Origin: a virus | Taxonomy: Duplodnaviria; Heunggongvirae; Uroviricota; Caudoviricetes | Length of the DNA stretch: 47,375 bases | Strand: one strand, 5' to 3' | Virus record (IMG/VR): IMGVR_UViG_2795385816_000003 | Span: 71,520 to 118,894 of that record | Part shown: in pieces, positions 25,301 to 34,635 of the stretch | Position numbering within the stretch: position 1 is the stretch's first letter | Layout: each line of letters starts with the position of its first letter | Translations under genes and position numbers: made by a program | The notes under the pieces: generated by a model | The model's input: the letters and a program-made list of their open reading frames with translations, nothing else | The model's database searches: none | Told to the model about the DNA's origin: nothing

Positions 25301-27944
25301 CACACCGATCAAGGCACGCAATCCCGGCTACGAGGCCGCCGCGGCGGCGATCCAAGCGCTGGGAGGAGACCCGGCGAAGTGGATTGGCGAGGACCCGAGC
25401 ACCTACCTGCCCCGCGGTATCGGCGGAATCGGTGGTGTGGGTGCCGGCGGATACGCGCAGTACGCGGCGCTGCTGTCAAAGTTCGCCAAGAGCGGCAACC
25501 TGACAGCCGAACTCGTCGGTGCTGGTCTGGACGCCAATGACCCGGTCATCCGGGCGATCACCACCGCACGGAACAAGAAACGGGGTGCCCTCGGAGACGA
25601 CGCTATCGCCGCGCTGGTTGAGCAGATCATCGGCGGCGGCGGATATACCGGCTCCCTGAACTCGAGTAACAGCGCGCTGATCAGCTCGTTGCAGACGTTC
25701 CGTGACAAGCTCGGCAGGACAGCGGTTCCCAACGGCACCGCAATCGCGGCGCTCCCGGCAGGCGGCGGACCGAAGGGCTCCAAGTCAGGGCTGCAACCCA
25801 ACGCGAACCAGCTGTGGGACTTCATCGCCACCAACTTCCCCGAGGTCCGCGAGATAGGGGGAGTGCGCCAGGACGCTATCTCCGACCACCCGAGCGGCCG
25901 CGCCTTGGACATCATGGTCGGCCAAAACAAGGAACTCGGCGACCGTATCAACGCGGCGTTGCGCGCCAACTACATTGCGCTGGGCCTGGACTCAACAATT
26001 TGGCGCGACAAGTGGGAAGACTTCAACGGCAACAGCTCCACCGTCGCCGGACATCAGGACCACATCCACGCCAAGGTCGCCGCCGGCGCGGCGACGGGCA
26101 TGCCCGGATTGCCGATGCCAGGCGGTGCCCCCGGTCTGGCCGGCACGGGCAGCGGCGTGGTCCCGGTCTACGTGACCAACTTCGACGGCCAAATGCGCGG
26201 CATGGGCGACCAAATGCTTGGTGCGCTGTCGCAGTCGGGTGGACTAGCCGCGTCGAACGTCGCAGGCGACGTGATGAGCGCGGTCGCCGGGCTCGGCCAG
26301 GAGCCCTGGAACAAGAAGAACGCCACCTACACCGAGCTCAATCAGCTCGTCAAGGAACGCAACCCGCTGGCACTTGCCAAGGCCATGGGCTTGAATGTCG
26401 AGGACTTCACCCGCGCCGGCGGCGACGCAGGAGAACTCACCACCAACGACGGCAAGGCCTTCGACGCCAGCGGACGCATGTTCTCCAACACGGGCGCCTT
26501 ACTTGACCGGACATTCACCAGCGTCAACGCCCAACTGTCCGCCATGCGTGAACAACTCGTCGATGTCATCGAGCAGACCAACGCCAAACTCAACGAGGAA
26601 GCGCTGGAGCCGGTCGTCAAGGCGGGTGTGCAATCGGCCCTGGAGAGCTTGAAGGACAGCGTGAGCGGCCAGATCGGTACCGCCCTGGGGCAGGCGGCTG
26701 CACCACCGATCGCCGATGCGGTCCGCAGCGCGATCCCAGCCGACGGCGGCGGTGGGGGAGCTGCAGCCGGCATCGGCGGCAACATCGCCGGCGCACTCTT
26801 CGCCACCGGCGGCCCAGTGTATGGCGGCATCCCGGGCAAGGATTCCGTTCCGGCGCTGCTCATGCCGAACGAACACGTGCTCACCACCGACGACGTAGCC
26901 CGCATGGGCGGTCATGCTGGTGTCTACGCGTTCCGGGCCGCCCTTGCCCGCCACGGTGGTGTGCGCGGGTTCGCCACCGGCGGCGGCGTCAACGTCAACG
27001 ACACGGTGGGCGCGGAATTCTTTGGCGTATCGCAGATCCCGATCCTGGGTGCCATCGTCAACCTGCTGGTGCGTGTGCTGCTGCGGGTGCTGGGTGTCGA
27101 AATTGAGGCCCGAGACACCCTGAATGAGATGACCGACGAGTTCCGTCAGTTCCGCGGCGACTTCGAAGCATTCGATGCCAGCGGACGCCTGATGAACGAC
27201 ACCTCGGCGCTCGTCGACCGCTCATCCACCAGCGAGGAAGAAGCGGCACAGGAACGCATCCGGATCCTCAAGATTGTGATCGAGGCGCTGATCAAGTACA
27301 TCATCGAGAAGGTCATCGTGCCGATCGCGAAAGCCGTTGCCAACGCCGCGATTCAAGCGGGAGCATCGGCGGCCGGCGCTGCGGTCAACACCCAAGCACC
27401 GGGCGCTGGCGGCATTGTGTCCGCTCTCATCAGCTCGGGCGGGCAGGCGGGCGTGGACATCATCGCCGAGATCGGCAGCCAGCTGGCCGTCGAGGCGGCA
27501 GGGGTGATCATCGACATGCTGGGCGAAGGGCTGCAAAGCTACTTCCCGGACATCGTCAATGCCATCTTCGGTGGCGGGCTGCTGGAGAACCTGATCGCCG
27601 CACCGATCACCGCGGCGCTCGAAATTCCGCTGGCCATCATCGGTGCACTCAGCGGCGGCTTGACGGGCCTGTTCGCGCCGTTGCTGGCCATCCTGGGTGG
27701 CGGATCATTCGATCAGGGCGGCCTCGCGCGCGGTGTCGGCATGATGCCCAAGGCGACGATCCGGCCCGAGCGCGTCCTATCGCCGCAACAGACCATCCTG
27801 TTCGAGCGCATGATCGCCGCGCTGGAACGCAACCCTGGCGGCGCCAGCGGCAACCCCACGTATGTGACCGCGCAGATCAACGTCGAGGGCGGCCCACGAG
27901 CGGGCGAGAACGTCCGCGCCGGACTGTTGGAGCTGATGAGCTGA
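22350..27944 (+). CDS. Tape measure protein with an embedded peptidase-like domain
   Basis: 1864 aa, Ala/Gly-rich helical; DHPSGRALD...HQDHIH motif at about 25884-26069. Confidence 0.93.
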   Translation: MTTPVGSIRLDLSIDGSNLDDEITAAVQKHMGPAMARLQAQLDRIEREYVEAARAAEKSSAKQTAAARAVAEAVEDIGDEHTKSAAKARAGESVSTRSINATTRAIQKQTAAWEANAAARIAAAAAPTPAGPPPGGGSRGGGGGGGSGGGVRWHGGRGGFLSSPIGLNAISLGVGSLPAATTAVVNLTGALQQLVQVGFVVPGVIGGMVSSIGTAVLGFHGLSDAVKASWEAAKSGDPKDIKKAAEAMQGLAPAVQGVVKAIVSARPQLEHLQRDIVAQNMFEGVDQSITELTDKSIPTLEKGLGGIAKAWNATFKELGRVGGLDSSQSILDKLFGNTADAQNRANAAIEPLIHGFGTLTAEGSDFLPRIADGLTAVTKRFDNWITRSVENGNLDKWITEGIEGADHLGNTLLNIGKIIASITKAAGGDGGLLSALDGGSGALADFLASDKGQEKLIKFFTEGREQIKQWMPILGNVASLLGDVYDGMKQWTAVLLPILKMVTDLLNSMPGGISGVVTAFLAWRTISGITSVLSGINSIGSALDGLPGKAGTAAGGINKALAGLGVGAAAFQIGGGLINSDSGLAQAGGFAANIGGGALAGGLMGGPWGAALGAMIGAGVSLFELSRKRLEEGKAEWDKSWQEHHDNPPPPVISPSGIDLKTMLPVDRGPSLSQGMLAQIQAGKLPGYSIGPNGAVIGPDGQPLPGLNLGGVTPYTPSFPLPTLPPPAPPPQKQPTTFLPIPGATGQNVPAPQGTNLGQLIGAGALPEVQANVQKLASDIQALPEGEVKIKDPSPEVMKNLESLDVQITKVSENEIQVKANTSAAQAQVEAFILKYKQQTITMMIQAQGMTPAVPPGRADGGVLPGWSPGVDNMLVPMSGGEGVLIPEAVRGLGGAAAIYAINSRFRSGLSRRGYADGGVVGAVAGIPGVDDNTELGVLRQIRDLLAGKGGGPLPATSDAIKSIASDGVASATGNSPTRMGPFGTPIKARNPGYEAAAAAIQALGGDPAKWIGEDPSTYLPRGIGGIGGVGAGGYAQYAALLSKFAKSGNLTAELVGAGLDANDPVIRAITTARNKKRGALGDDAIAALVEQIIGGGGYTGSLNSSNSALISSLQTFRDKLGRTAVPNGTAIAALPAGGGPKGSKSGLQPNANQLWDFIATNFPEVREIGGVRQDAISDHPSGRALDIMVGQNKELGDRINAALRANYIALGLDSTIWRDKWEDFNGNSSTVAGHQDHIHAKVAAGAATGMPGLPMPGGAPGLAGTGSGVVPVYVTNFDGQMRGMGDQMLGALSQSGGLAASNVAGDVMSAVAGLGQEPWNKKNATYTELNQLVKERNPLALAKAMGLNVEDFTRAGGDAGELTTNDGKAFDASGRMFSNTGALLDRTFTSVNAQLSAMREQLVDVIEQTNAKLNEEALEPVVKAGVQSALESLKDSVSGQIGTALGQAAAPPIADAVRSAIPADGGGGGAAAGIGGNIAGALFATGGPVYGGIPGKDSVPALLMPNEHVLTTDDVARMGGHAGVYAFRAALARHGGVRGFATGGGVNVNDTVGAEFFGVSQIPILGAIVNLLVRVLLRVLGVEIEARDTLNEMTDEFRQFRGDFEAFDASGRLMNDTSALVDRSSTSEEEAAQERIRILKIVIEALIKYIIEKVIVPIAKAVANAAIQAGASAAGAAVNTQAPGAGGIVSALISSGGQAGVDIIAEIGSQLAVEAAGVIIDMLGEGLQSYFPDIVNAIFGGGLLENLIAAPITAALEIPLAIIGALSGGLTGLFAPLLAILGGGSFDQGGLARGVGMMPKATIRPERVLSPQQTILFERMIAALERNPGGASGNPTYVTAQINVEGGPRAGENVRAGLLELMS

Positions 27945-29380
27945 TGGCCTACCGCGGATACTTCGCCCTCAACGGCGTGGAGATTGCCAACAGCTCCCGG
28001 GTGATCGCGCACCTAGGCCAGGATGTGCCAACCAGCGACATCGGTGTCTTTGGCAACGATCCGAGCACCGACTGCGCGCTCATCGAATCCACCGAATTTC
28101 CGGGGTTCTACGAAATCCCCGACAGCTCCACCGAAGTGAGCCCCGGCCTGCTCACGCCGCCCAACGGTGCCCGCCGGCTGGGGCCCGGCCTGTTTGAGAT
28201 CAACGGCACGTGCTGGGGTCCGATCGCGTTCTGCGGGTCGTGCTCCACAATCGTCACCTACGATGATTCGTGGCCAGGTCTTCGGGAATTCCTGGGCGAC
28301 AACATCTATCGACCCGAGCTGGCACCGTGGTACAGCACCGAGCTGCCCGAATCCACAGAGTTCGGCGGCGTATGGGTGATGAAAATCGACGGCCTGGGAG
28401 CAACACCGGTAGAACGGCCCATCACCCAGATGACCGGATCAGGGGCCGCGGCCGGCCCGCATAGAGACCTGTCACGCACCCTCACGTTCGAGGCGCTGAT
28501 GATCGCCTGCACTCACGCTGGCGTCGAGTTCGGCATGGACTGGTTGTCCTGCATCCTGCGGGACACCATCGACGACAACACCAGCGTTCTGCGTTATCTT
28601 GCTGCCAGCCCAGCGCATTCGGGCGTCGATCCGGCATCGTTGGTGCGTGAGGTGCATGGCGTTGTCTTGACCAAAGAGCCGCGGATCATCTCCGAATACA
28701 ACACCCAGGCCGGCCAGCATCACCAAGCCAACCTGTATCGCATCAGCTGGGAAATGACGGTGCTCTCGCCCTACGCCTACCTGCCGCAGGTAAGGGTGCC
28801 GGTCGACTGGGACGAGATCACCAGGCAGCCGGTCAACTGGGTTCACGCTGCCGACTGCGAAAAGCCCTCCACCTGTTCGGACATGCCGGTGCTGTTCTCC
28901 GCTGACTGCGTGCCCGAGGAGATCGCGATCCTGGACACTCCGCCGCCGGTGTGCGGCGGGTGCCTGCCGGTCGGCGAGATCGACAAGTACAGCTTCCGTA
29001 TCCCCACCATGGATTACGCGTTCCGTTGCCGGGACACCGCGGTCACTATCGCGATCCGTAACCTCGGCCAGACGCCGTTGACACTGCAAGCGTTTCTGCG
29101 GGTGTGCGGCACCGATGTGCGCTGCGAAGACAACCGATTCCCGCTGCAGGTATCGGGTTTGCCGCCACTGACAGAGCTGGTCCTCGACGGCATCTCGGGG
29201 CGCTACTGGGCCATCTATGACGAACGCAAGCACCGCGCCGTCGGGATCGTCGGCACCCCCAACGGCGCGCCCTGGCGGCCACCACGTATCGACCGCGAAA
29301 CATGCTGGGATTTCATCGTTCAAACAGCTAGCACCTCGCAATTCGAGGTCACCATGACACTCACCGATCGGGAGCCGTGA
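27944..29380 (+). CDS. Minor tail protein (distal tail type)
   Basis: TGATG coupling to tape measure; MAYRGYFALNGVEIANSSR start. Confidence 0.8.
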   Translation: MAYRGYFALNGVEIANSSRVIAHLGQDVPTSDIGVFGNDPSTDCALIESTEFPGFYEIPDSSTEVSPGLLTPPNGARRLGPGLFEINGTCWGPIAFCGSCSTIVTYDDSWPGLREFLGDNIYRPELAPWYSTELPESTEFGGVWVMKIDGLGATPVERPITQMTGSGAAAGPHRDLSRTLTFEALMIACTHAGVEFGMDWLSCILRDTIDDNTSVLRYLAASPAHSGVDPASLVREVHGVVLTKEPRIISEYNTQAGQHHQANLYRISWEMTVLSPYAYLPQVRVPVDWDEITRQPVNWVHAADCEKPSTCSDMPVLFSADCVPEEIAILDTPPPVCGGCLPVGEIDKYSFRIPTMDYAFRCRDTAVTIAIRNLGQTPLTLQAFLRVCGTDVRCEDNRFPLQVSGLPPLTELVLDGISGRYWAIYDERKHRAVGIVGTPNGAPWRPPRIDRETCWDFIVQTASTSQFEVTMTLTDREP

Positions 29381-29383
29381 GCG

Positions 29384-30421
29384 GTGCCGGTCATCAGCTC
29401 TGAACAGATCGTGTCGCTGCGCACCGCCAGCGGCAAGCAGCTCGACCAATTCCTGGCCACGCATCAGGAGTCGTTGAAATGGACCCGCGAGCAGCGGCAA
29501 GTATCGGTGCTGGAAATGACCGTGCCGAGCGTGATCGACGCCGACCGCATGGACATCACACCGTGGCTGCATTGGATCGACGTGTTCGACGCTCAGGGCC
29601 GCGAGCTGTACTGGTCAGGACCGATCCAGCGGGTCTCAGCTAGCCGCTCACGAACCTCCATTTCCGCGCGGGATATGTCGGCGTTGATGACCCGCACGCG
29701 CTGCCCGTTGACGAAAAACTGGGATGCAGCCGACCCCTCGAAGATCGCGGGCGAGCTGTGGGCCGCGATGATCGCCCACCACGGACTGAACACTCGAGCC
29801 ATCGAACGCGTGGACCCGCGCGGCGACCACTTCGATTTCGAGGCTATCGCCGACGAGCAGATGATGAGTGCGACGTTCGATCGGCTCGTCGGGCTGGGGC
29901 TGCACTGGACAGTCGTGGGCGGTGTGCCCATCCTGGGTCCGGCCCAGCTCAAATCGATTGTGGCGCTCGGCGAAGACGACTTCACGGGCGGGGAGTTCTC
30001 GATCGTGCGTGATGGCAGCCAGACCTACAACGATGTCCTACTGCGCGGCGGCGACAACCTGGCTCGCGCCAGCGTGCCGATGGGCGGTCTGCGGTTGCAG
30101 ACGATCAACAACATCGACGACATGTTCGGTGTTTCCAACGTCGACCGCGCAGCCAAGCAATACGTGCGCTACACCGGGGCCATCAAAGACACCTTGGTGC
30201 TCTCTGACGGTGCCGTGCTGCATCCTGATGCTCCGCTAGGCATTTCGCAGCTGATCCCGTCAGTACGGTTCAACGTCGAAGCACTGGGGGTGCTGCAACT
30301 GATGGAACTGCAGAACGTCACAGTCACCGGTGAGGGAGCCGTGGCGCTCACGCTGGCTTCGGTCAACGACGACCTACCGGAACTGGTGGAGATCGCCCAG
30401 AAAGGGGCGGTGACACAGTGA
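29384..30421 (+). CDS. Minor tail protein (baseplate hub type)
   Basis: Second gene after tape measure; LYWSGPI motif. Confidence 0.75.
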   Translation: MPVISSEQIVSLRTASGKQLDQFLATHQESLKWTREQRQVSVLEMTVPSVIDADRMDITPWLHWIDVFDAQGRELYWSGPIQRVSASRSRTSISARDMSALMTRTRCPLTKNWDAADPSKIAGELWAAMIAHHGLNTRAIERVDPRGDHFDFEAIADEQMMSATFDRLVGLGLHWTVVGGVPILGPAQLKSIVALGEDDFTGGEFSIVRDGSQTYNDVLLRGGDNLARASVPMGGLRLQTINNIDDMFGVSNVDRAAKQYVRYTGAIKDTLVLSDGAVLHPDAPLGISQLIPSVRFNVEALGVLQLMELQNVTVTGEGAVALTLASVNDDLPELVEIAQKGAVTQ

Positions 30422-32784
30422 GCCGAGTTCCAGGCCAGGCGCCGCGCACCGACCAGGAGTGGACACGCGAGGTGGCGCAGCGGCTCTCAGCACTCGAAAA
30501 TCCGCGAACAATCCGGGTGGGGAAGTGGGTTCTGTCCGCGGTCGCCGGCCGACTCATGGCGACCAGCCCCGGTGAAGTGCTTGAAGTCGGGCAGGAACCG
30601 ACGCCCGTTGCGGTTGATTTGAGCCAGCGCGGCAGCCAGGTTTCTGAGCAGGAGATCGCCGAGGCCGTCACGGGCGGCAATGGTAAGACGTTCAGCTCGA
30701 TCACCGACTGGTTGACGGCGAAGTGGTCGGAGCTCTCAAGTACGACGACGAATGCGAACACCGGACTCGGGAACTGGACGTCATGGCTCACCGGCGGCTC
30801 GTGGGCCAACGTCGGTGCCGCGGTGTCCGACTTCTTGAGCACCAAGAGCACTGCCGCGACAGCGGGGACCAATGCGGCTACAGGGCTGGGCAATTGGACA
30901 TCGTGGCTCAGTGGTGGATCGTGGGCGAACATTGCGGCGTCGGTGGCAGATTTCCTGGGAACCAAGTCGACGGCCAACACTGCGGGCACGAATGCCGCAA
31001 CCGCGATGGCCGACGCCAGCGCTGCCTCCACCGCGGCGGCAGCAGCGCAGAGCAACGCGCAGGGCGCCATCGATGCCGGCATCAACGCCATCCGCAACAC
31101 CCCGGGCGTCGTGGGTCAGGCAGTGGAGGGCTTCGCCGACGCGCTGGCTTCGATCCCCACCCAGCTGTTCAATCAGTTCGGCGGCAACAATGTGCCCCGG
31201 GCCTCCCAGGAGCAGGCCAACGCGGCGATGGCCGCCCTGGTCAACACGGTCAATTCCCAAGGCGCGGCGATCAATGCGCTGCAAAACATCCTCTCCGATG
31301 TCGGCGGATTCAGTGCCTCGATCACGTTTCGGCCCGCAGAAACCACCGTATTCACCGGTCCGGGCACCGCGCCGTGGACACCCCCGGCATGGGCGGCAGG
31401 CGGGTACGGCGAGTATGTGATCGCCCCGGCCGCCGGTGGCGGCGGTGCCGGTGAAGGCGGCTCGGGCGCATTCGGTGTCGGCGGCTACCCCGGAGCGTGG
31501 GCCACCGGCACCTTCCCCATCGAGGCTGGGGCGTATTCGATCTTCGCCGGGGGCGGCGGTCTGGGCGGGCAGAACGAGGGTCTGGGCTTCGGCGATAACG
31601 GCAGCCCTGGTGATACCTCGACGATCACCAGTCCCGCTGGCGCACCGGTGGCCTCGGCGGCGGGCGGCGCAGGCGGTGAGGGAGCGCGGCGCGGCGGCAG
31701 CGGGCAGAACGGTAAAACCATCAGCCCCCAAACCTTGTCGGCGTTCGGGGATGCCTTCACCGCCGGATCCGGGGGTACCGGCAACGCGGGCACCGGTGGC
31801 GTGGCAGGTGGCGGTGCGGGCGGTAACGGTGGCCTGTTCGGCAACTACACCAAGGGCGGCCTAGGTGGGCCGGCCAAGATCTGGATGCGCGCCCGCGCAC
31901 CGATCCCGGCGCAGTTCACCGCCATGGGCACCCTGATCTTGCCCACAGTCAAACTCAACACCGGGGTCGCCCAAACCGATTCGATGACCGCGGCCGGGCA
32001 GTGGCGCACCATCGCGCCCGGCGGGGCGGCAGGCGGCTACATGCTGATCATCCGCGCCAACACTGGGTTCACCGACTACGTCTATCTGCGGATCTGGGAT
32101 GTCTCCGGTGTCACGCACTACGAGCTGGGCCGCGTGGCGTCCGGGGCCAAGTCCGCATGGAAAACCGGCACGGTCGGGGCCGCGATCCCGTTCAACGCCT
32201 TCACCCTGACCTCCGATACCGCCCGCACCTTCACCGTCGGGGTCAACGGCACCGCATTCGACTCCTACAACGACTCCGGTGCCACCTCCCTGATGGGCGC
32301 GGCCTACCGCAGCGGCGGCTGGGCATCCTCCGATCCGGCGCTGCCCGGCTCGATGTCACAGTTCGCGTTCCTGGACACCGGCACCCCCGCCCGCATCGTC
32401 TCAGGCACCATCGCGACCACCCAAGGCACCAACAGCACCGCCGCCTACGTGGACCTGGCCACCCCCGGGCCCTCGGTCACCCTGAACGTTCCCGCCAGCG
32501 GGGAAGTCACCATCGATGTGTCGGCGGCCTACTCGGCCGGCGGGGCTGCCGCACAAACCGGATACATGGGCTGTGCGCTCTCGGGCGCCAACACCCGCGC
32601 CGCAACCGATGCCACCGCCGCCTACGGGCGCACCGTCACCGCGGGCCTTTACGGCACCCTGGCCCGCCGTATCCACCTCACCGGCCTCACCCCGGGCACC
32701 ACCACGTTCAAAGCCGTCTACAAAACCAGCACGAGCACCGCCACCTTCTCCGACCGCCACATCATCGTCGAACCCAAACCCTGA
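30418..32784 (+). CDS. Minor tail / receptor-binding protein with Gly-rich region
   Basis: 788 aa; GGxG repeats; beta-rich C-terminal modules. Confidence 0.8.
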   Translation: MSRVPGQAPRTDQEWTREVAQRLSALENPRTIRVGKWVLSAVAGRLMATSPGEVLEVGQEPTPVAVDLSQRGSQVSEQEIAEAVTGGNGKTFSSITDWLTAKWSELSSTTTNANTGLGNWTSWLTGGSWANVGAAVSDFLSTKSTAATAGTNAATGLGNWTSWLSGGSWANIAASVADFLGTKSTANTAGTNAATAMADASAASTAAAAAQSNAQGAIDAGINAIRNTPGVVGQAVEGFADALASIPTQLFNQFGGNNVPRASQEQANAAMAALVNTVNSQGAAINALQNILSDVGGFSASITFRPAETTVFTGPGTAPWTPPAWAAGGYGEYVIAPAAGGGGAGEGGSGAFGVGGYPGAWATGTFPIEAGAYSIFAGGGGLGGQNEGLGFGDNGSPGDTSTITSPAGAPVASAAGGAGGEGARRGGSGQNGKTISPQTLSAFGDAFTAGSGGTGNAGTGGVAGGGAGGNGGLFGNYTKGGLGGPAKIWMRARAPIPAQFTAMGTLILPTVKLNTGVAQTDSMTAAGQWRTIAPGGAAGGYMLIIRANTGFTDYVYLRIWDVSGVTHYELGRVASGAKSAWKTGTVGAAIPFNAFTLTSDTARTFTVGVNGTAFDSYNDSGATSLMGAAYRSGGWASSDPALPGSMSQFAFLDTGTPARIVSGTIATTQGTNSTAAYVDLATPGPSVTLNVPASGEVTIDVSAAYSAGGAAAQTGYMGCALSGANTRAATDATAAYGRTVTAGLYGTLARRIHLTGLTPGTTTFKAVYKTSTSTATFSDRHIIVEPKP
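30763..31002 (+). repeat. Two tandem 40-aa (120-bp) repeats within the minor tail gene
   Basis: GLGNWTSWLTGGSWANVGAAVSDFLSTKSTAATAGTNAAT / GLGNWTSWLSGGSWANIAASVADFLGTKSTANTAGTNAAT. Confidence 0.9.
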
Positions 32785-32815
32785 AAGACATCACCGCGAA
32801 AGGCACAGAGAAATC

Positions 32816-33127
32816 ATGGGATTCACCAACGCGACACCGCTGAAACAGACCACCTACCAGGCCATGTACTTCGACGGCACACCGCAGAGCGCCGCGCAGA
32901 CCTTGATGATGATCGACTCGCTGTTGACCGCCCGCAAGCTGCACTACGGCATCATCCACGGTTCCCAAGAAGTCGAAAACCCCACCGCGTGGCGTATCCA
33001 ACTCGCCCGCCGCGACGGATCAGCCGAACTCATCGCCATCGCCGACCGCTGGATCGTCGTTTCCTCGACCGGCCAAGTCCGAGTACTCACCCCCGCCGAC
33101 TACCGCGCCGAATTCGCCGTTGAGTGA
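32816..33127 (+). CDS. Hypothetical tail-associated protein (103 aa)
   Basis: ATG 32816 within track ORF 32516-33127; coupled to the next gene. Confidence 0.65.
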   Translation: MGFTNATPLKQTTYQAMYFDGTPQSAAQTLMMIDSLLTARKLHYGIIHGSQEVENPTAWRIQLARRDGSAELIAIADRWIVVSSTGQVRVLTPADYRAEFAVE

Positions 33128-33387
33128 CCGGCGCCGGCACCGCTGCTCGCTACCCTGCCGCCATGGACGGATACCTGCGCGGTTCGGTGAAGACCCACCC
33201 TGACTATCCCGAGAACCCGACCATCGCGCTGCGCAGCGTGTTTGACGACGACGACGCTACCGGCTGCAACTCGTGGCTGGTCGTCTCGGCGAGTTCTGGG
33301 GCGCTCTATCGCACGGAGTCGTTCGTCGCCGACTGGCCCGACGCAGACGGGCTGACGTTGACGACCACGCTCACCCCGGCTCCGTAG
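33124..33387 (+). CDS. Hypothetical protein (87 aa)
   Basis: GTGA overlap; ORF fills the gap in the operon. Confidence 0.6.
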   Translation: MTGAGTAARYPAAMDGYLRGSVKTHPDYPENPTIALRSVFDDDDATGCNSWLVVSASSGALYRTESFVADWPDADGLTLTTTLTPAP

Positions 33388-33390
33388 CCT
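33372..33390 (+). promoter_or_regulatory. CAC-box promoter (CACCC-N8-TAGCCT), leaderless to GTG 33398
   Basis: Shared motif overlapping the upstream stop; 7 nt to the start codon. Confidence 0.7.
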
Positions 33391-33397
33391 CACGGTC

Positions 33398-34039
33398 GTG
33401 CCGATCACGGAGTACACCGAGCCGAACGTCTGCATCGGGGAGAACCTCACCACCGATGCGGCCGGTCAGCTGCGGCTCCAACCGTGGGCGCTGGTACGCC
33501 CTGTGGTCGACATCCGGGCACTCTCCGGTGGTGACGGTTCGATCATCGCGCCGCTGATCGCGCTGCCAGGCAAGCTGCTGATCGACCAGAAAGCGTCCTG
33601 GCGCAACGATTCCCCGCTGCCGCAGATGGTGCTGATCCGCGTTACGCGCGGGCCGCGGTCATGGCTCACCTCGAACCCGAACGCTATCCAATTCCGCGAC
33701 CGGTGGACGACCGCGGTCGACACGGATGCCGCGATGCCGGTGACCACCGGCATCTACAACTCCCAGTGCGGATCGGCCTGGGACTTGGGAACGAACAGCG
33801 TCGCCGAGCCCAACCCTGGACGACAGTGGCGCTGGGCCGACGCCAACAGCATGGACGAATGGGTGGGCCCGATCGATCCAGGGGCCACGCTCAACCTCTG
33901 GTACCGCTGCTATGTGTGGACCCCGCCGCCGTGGTCGAACAACGCGAACAAGAATCAGCCGCAGCACGAGGCCCGCGCGAACTGGACGCGCATTGAAATG
34001 CGGGCCTTCCCGCAGCAGGGAAATGTGGTGACCGGATGA
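33398..34039 (+). CDS. Minor tail protein (paralogue 1 of 3)
   Basis: Shares the W/Y-x-N-x-(S/T)-P-x-P...V-(T/I)-R pattern with the next two genes. Confidence 0.7.
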   Translation: MPITEYTEPNVCIGENLTTDAAGQLRLQPWALVRPVVDIRALSGGDGSIIAPLIALPGKLLIDQKASWRNDSPLPQMVLIRVTRGPRSWLTSNPNAIQFRDRWTTAVDTDAAMPVTTGIYNSQCGSAWDLGTNSVAEPNPGRQWRWADANSMDEWVGPIDPGATLNLWYRCYVWTPPPWSNNANKNQPQHEARANWTRIEMRAFPQQGNVVTG

Positions 34040-34635
34040 GCGTCAAGGTGTGCACCTCGGAGTACATGCTCTCCACCGTCAACGGGCTCGACATGAGGCG
34101 AAACTGGTTCCCCAGCATCGTCGCTGAGCGATTCCTGCAGTCCAAGAAGGACGGGCAGATCAGCCGATCACCCGACCCGGTGACGATGATCGATGGTGAT
34201 CTCACCTACTTCAACAACACCCCAGACCCGGTGTACATCACCGTGCAAGTCATCCGGGCTCCCCGCAGCATCGTTGCCCAAAACCCGGGCACCGTAGTGA
34301 TTCACGACGCCTGGTCCTGGGCTGTCGGCAAGTCGCCCACAGCTGACTTTCCCTCGGTAATCCAGGACTCATTCGGCGGCAGGGGACAGGTGGACCGACC
34401 CGAAAACGCCGCGGACAAGCTGCTGTTCGGACGGTTCTTCGCTGACGGAGACAGCTCCCAAGCCTGGGTCAACGTCGGCCAACTCGACGCGCAGGATTCC
34501 TTGCACTTCCGATACCTGGCCGCTGTCCAAACCCCAGGCGTATGGACCACCCCTTCAGAGTTCGAGCCGCGCTGGGAAGCACAAGCCCGCTGGACTCGAC
34601 TGCTGGCGTTCGCGATGCCGGTTGGTTCGGCATGA
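34036..34635 (+). CDS. Minor tail protein (paralogue 2 of 3)
   Basis: ATGA overlap; YFNNTPDPVYITVQVIRAPR. Confidence 0.7.
   Translation: MSVKVCTSEYMLSTVNGLDMRRNWFPSIVAERFLQSKKDGQISRSPDPVTMIDGDLTYFNNTPDPVYITVQVIRAPRSIVAQNPGTVVIHDAWSWAVGKSPTADFPSVIQDSFGGRGQVDRPENAADKLLFGRFFADGDSSQAWVNVGQLDAQDSLHFRYLAAVQTPGVWTTPSEFEPRWEAQARWTRLLAFAMPVGSA

Noticed and set aside
30763-31002. Diversity-generating retroelement TR/VR pair
   Set aside because: Differences are at mixed third positions rather than adenine-specific, the copies are tandem in-frame, and no reverse transcriptase is in the window
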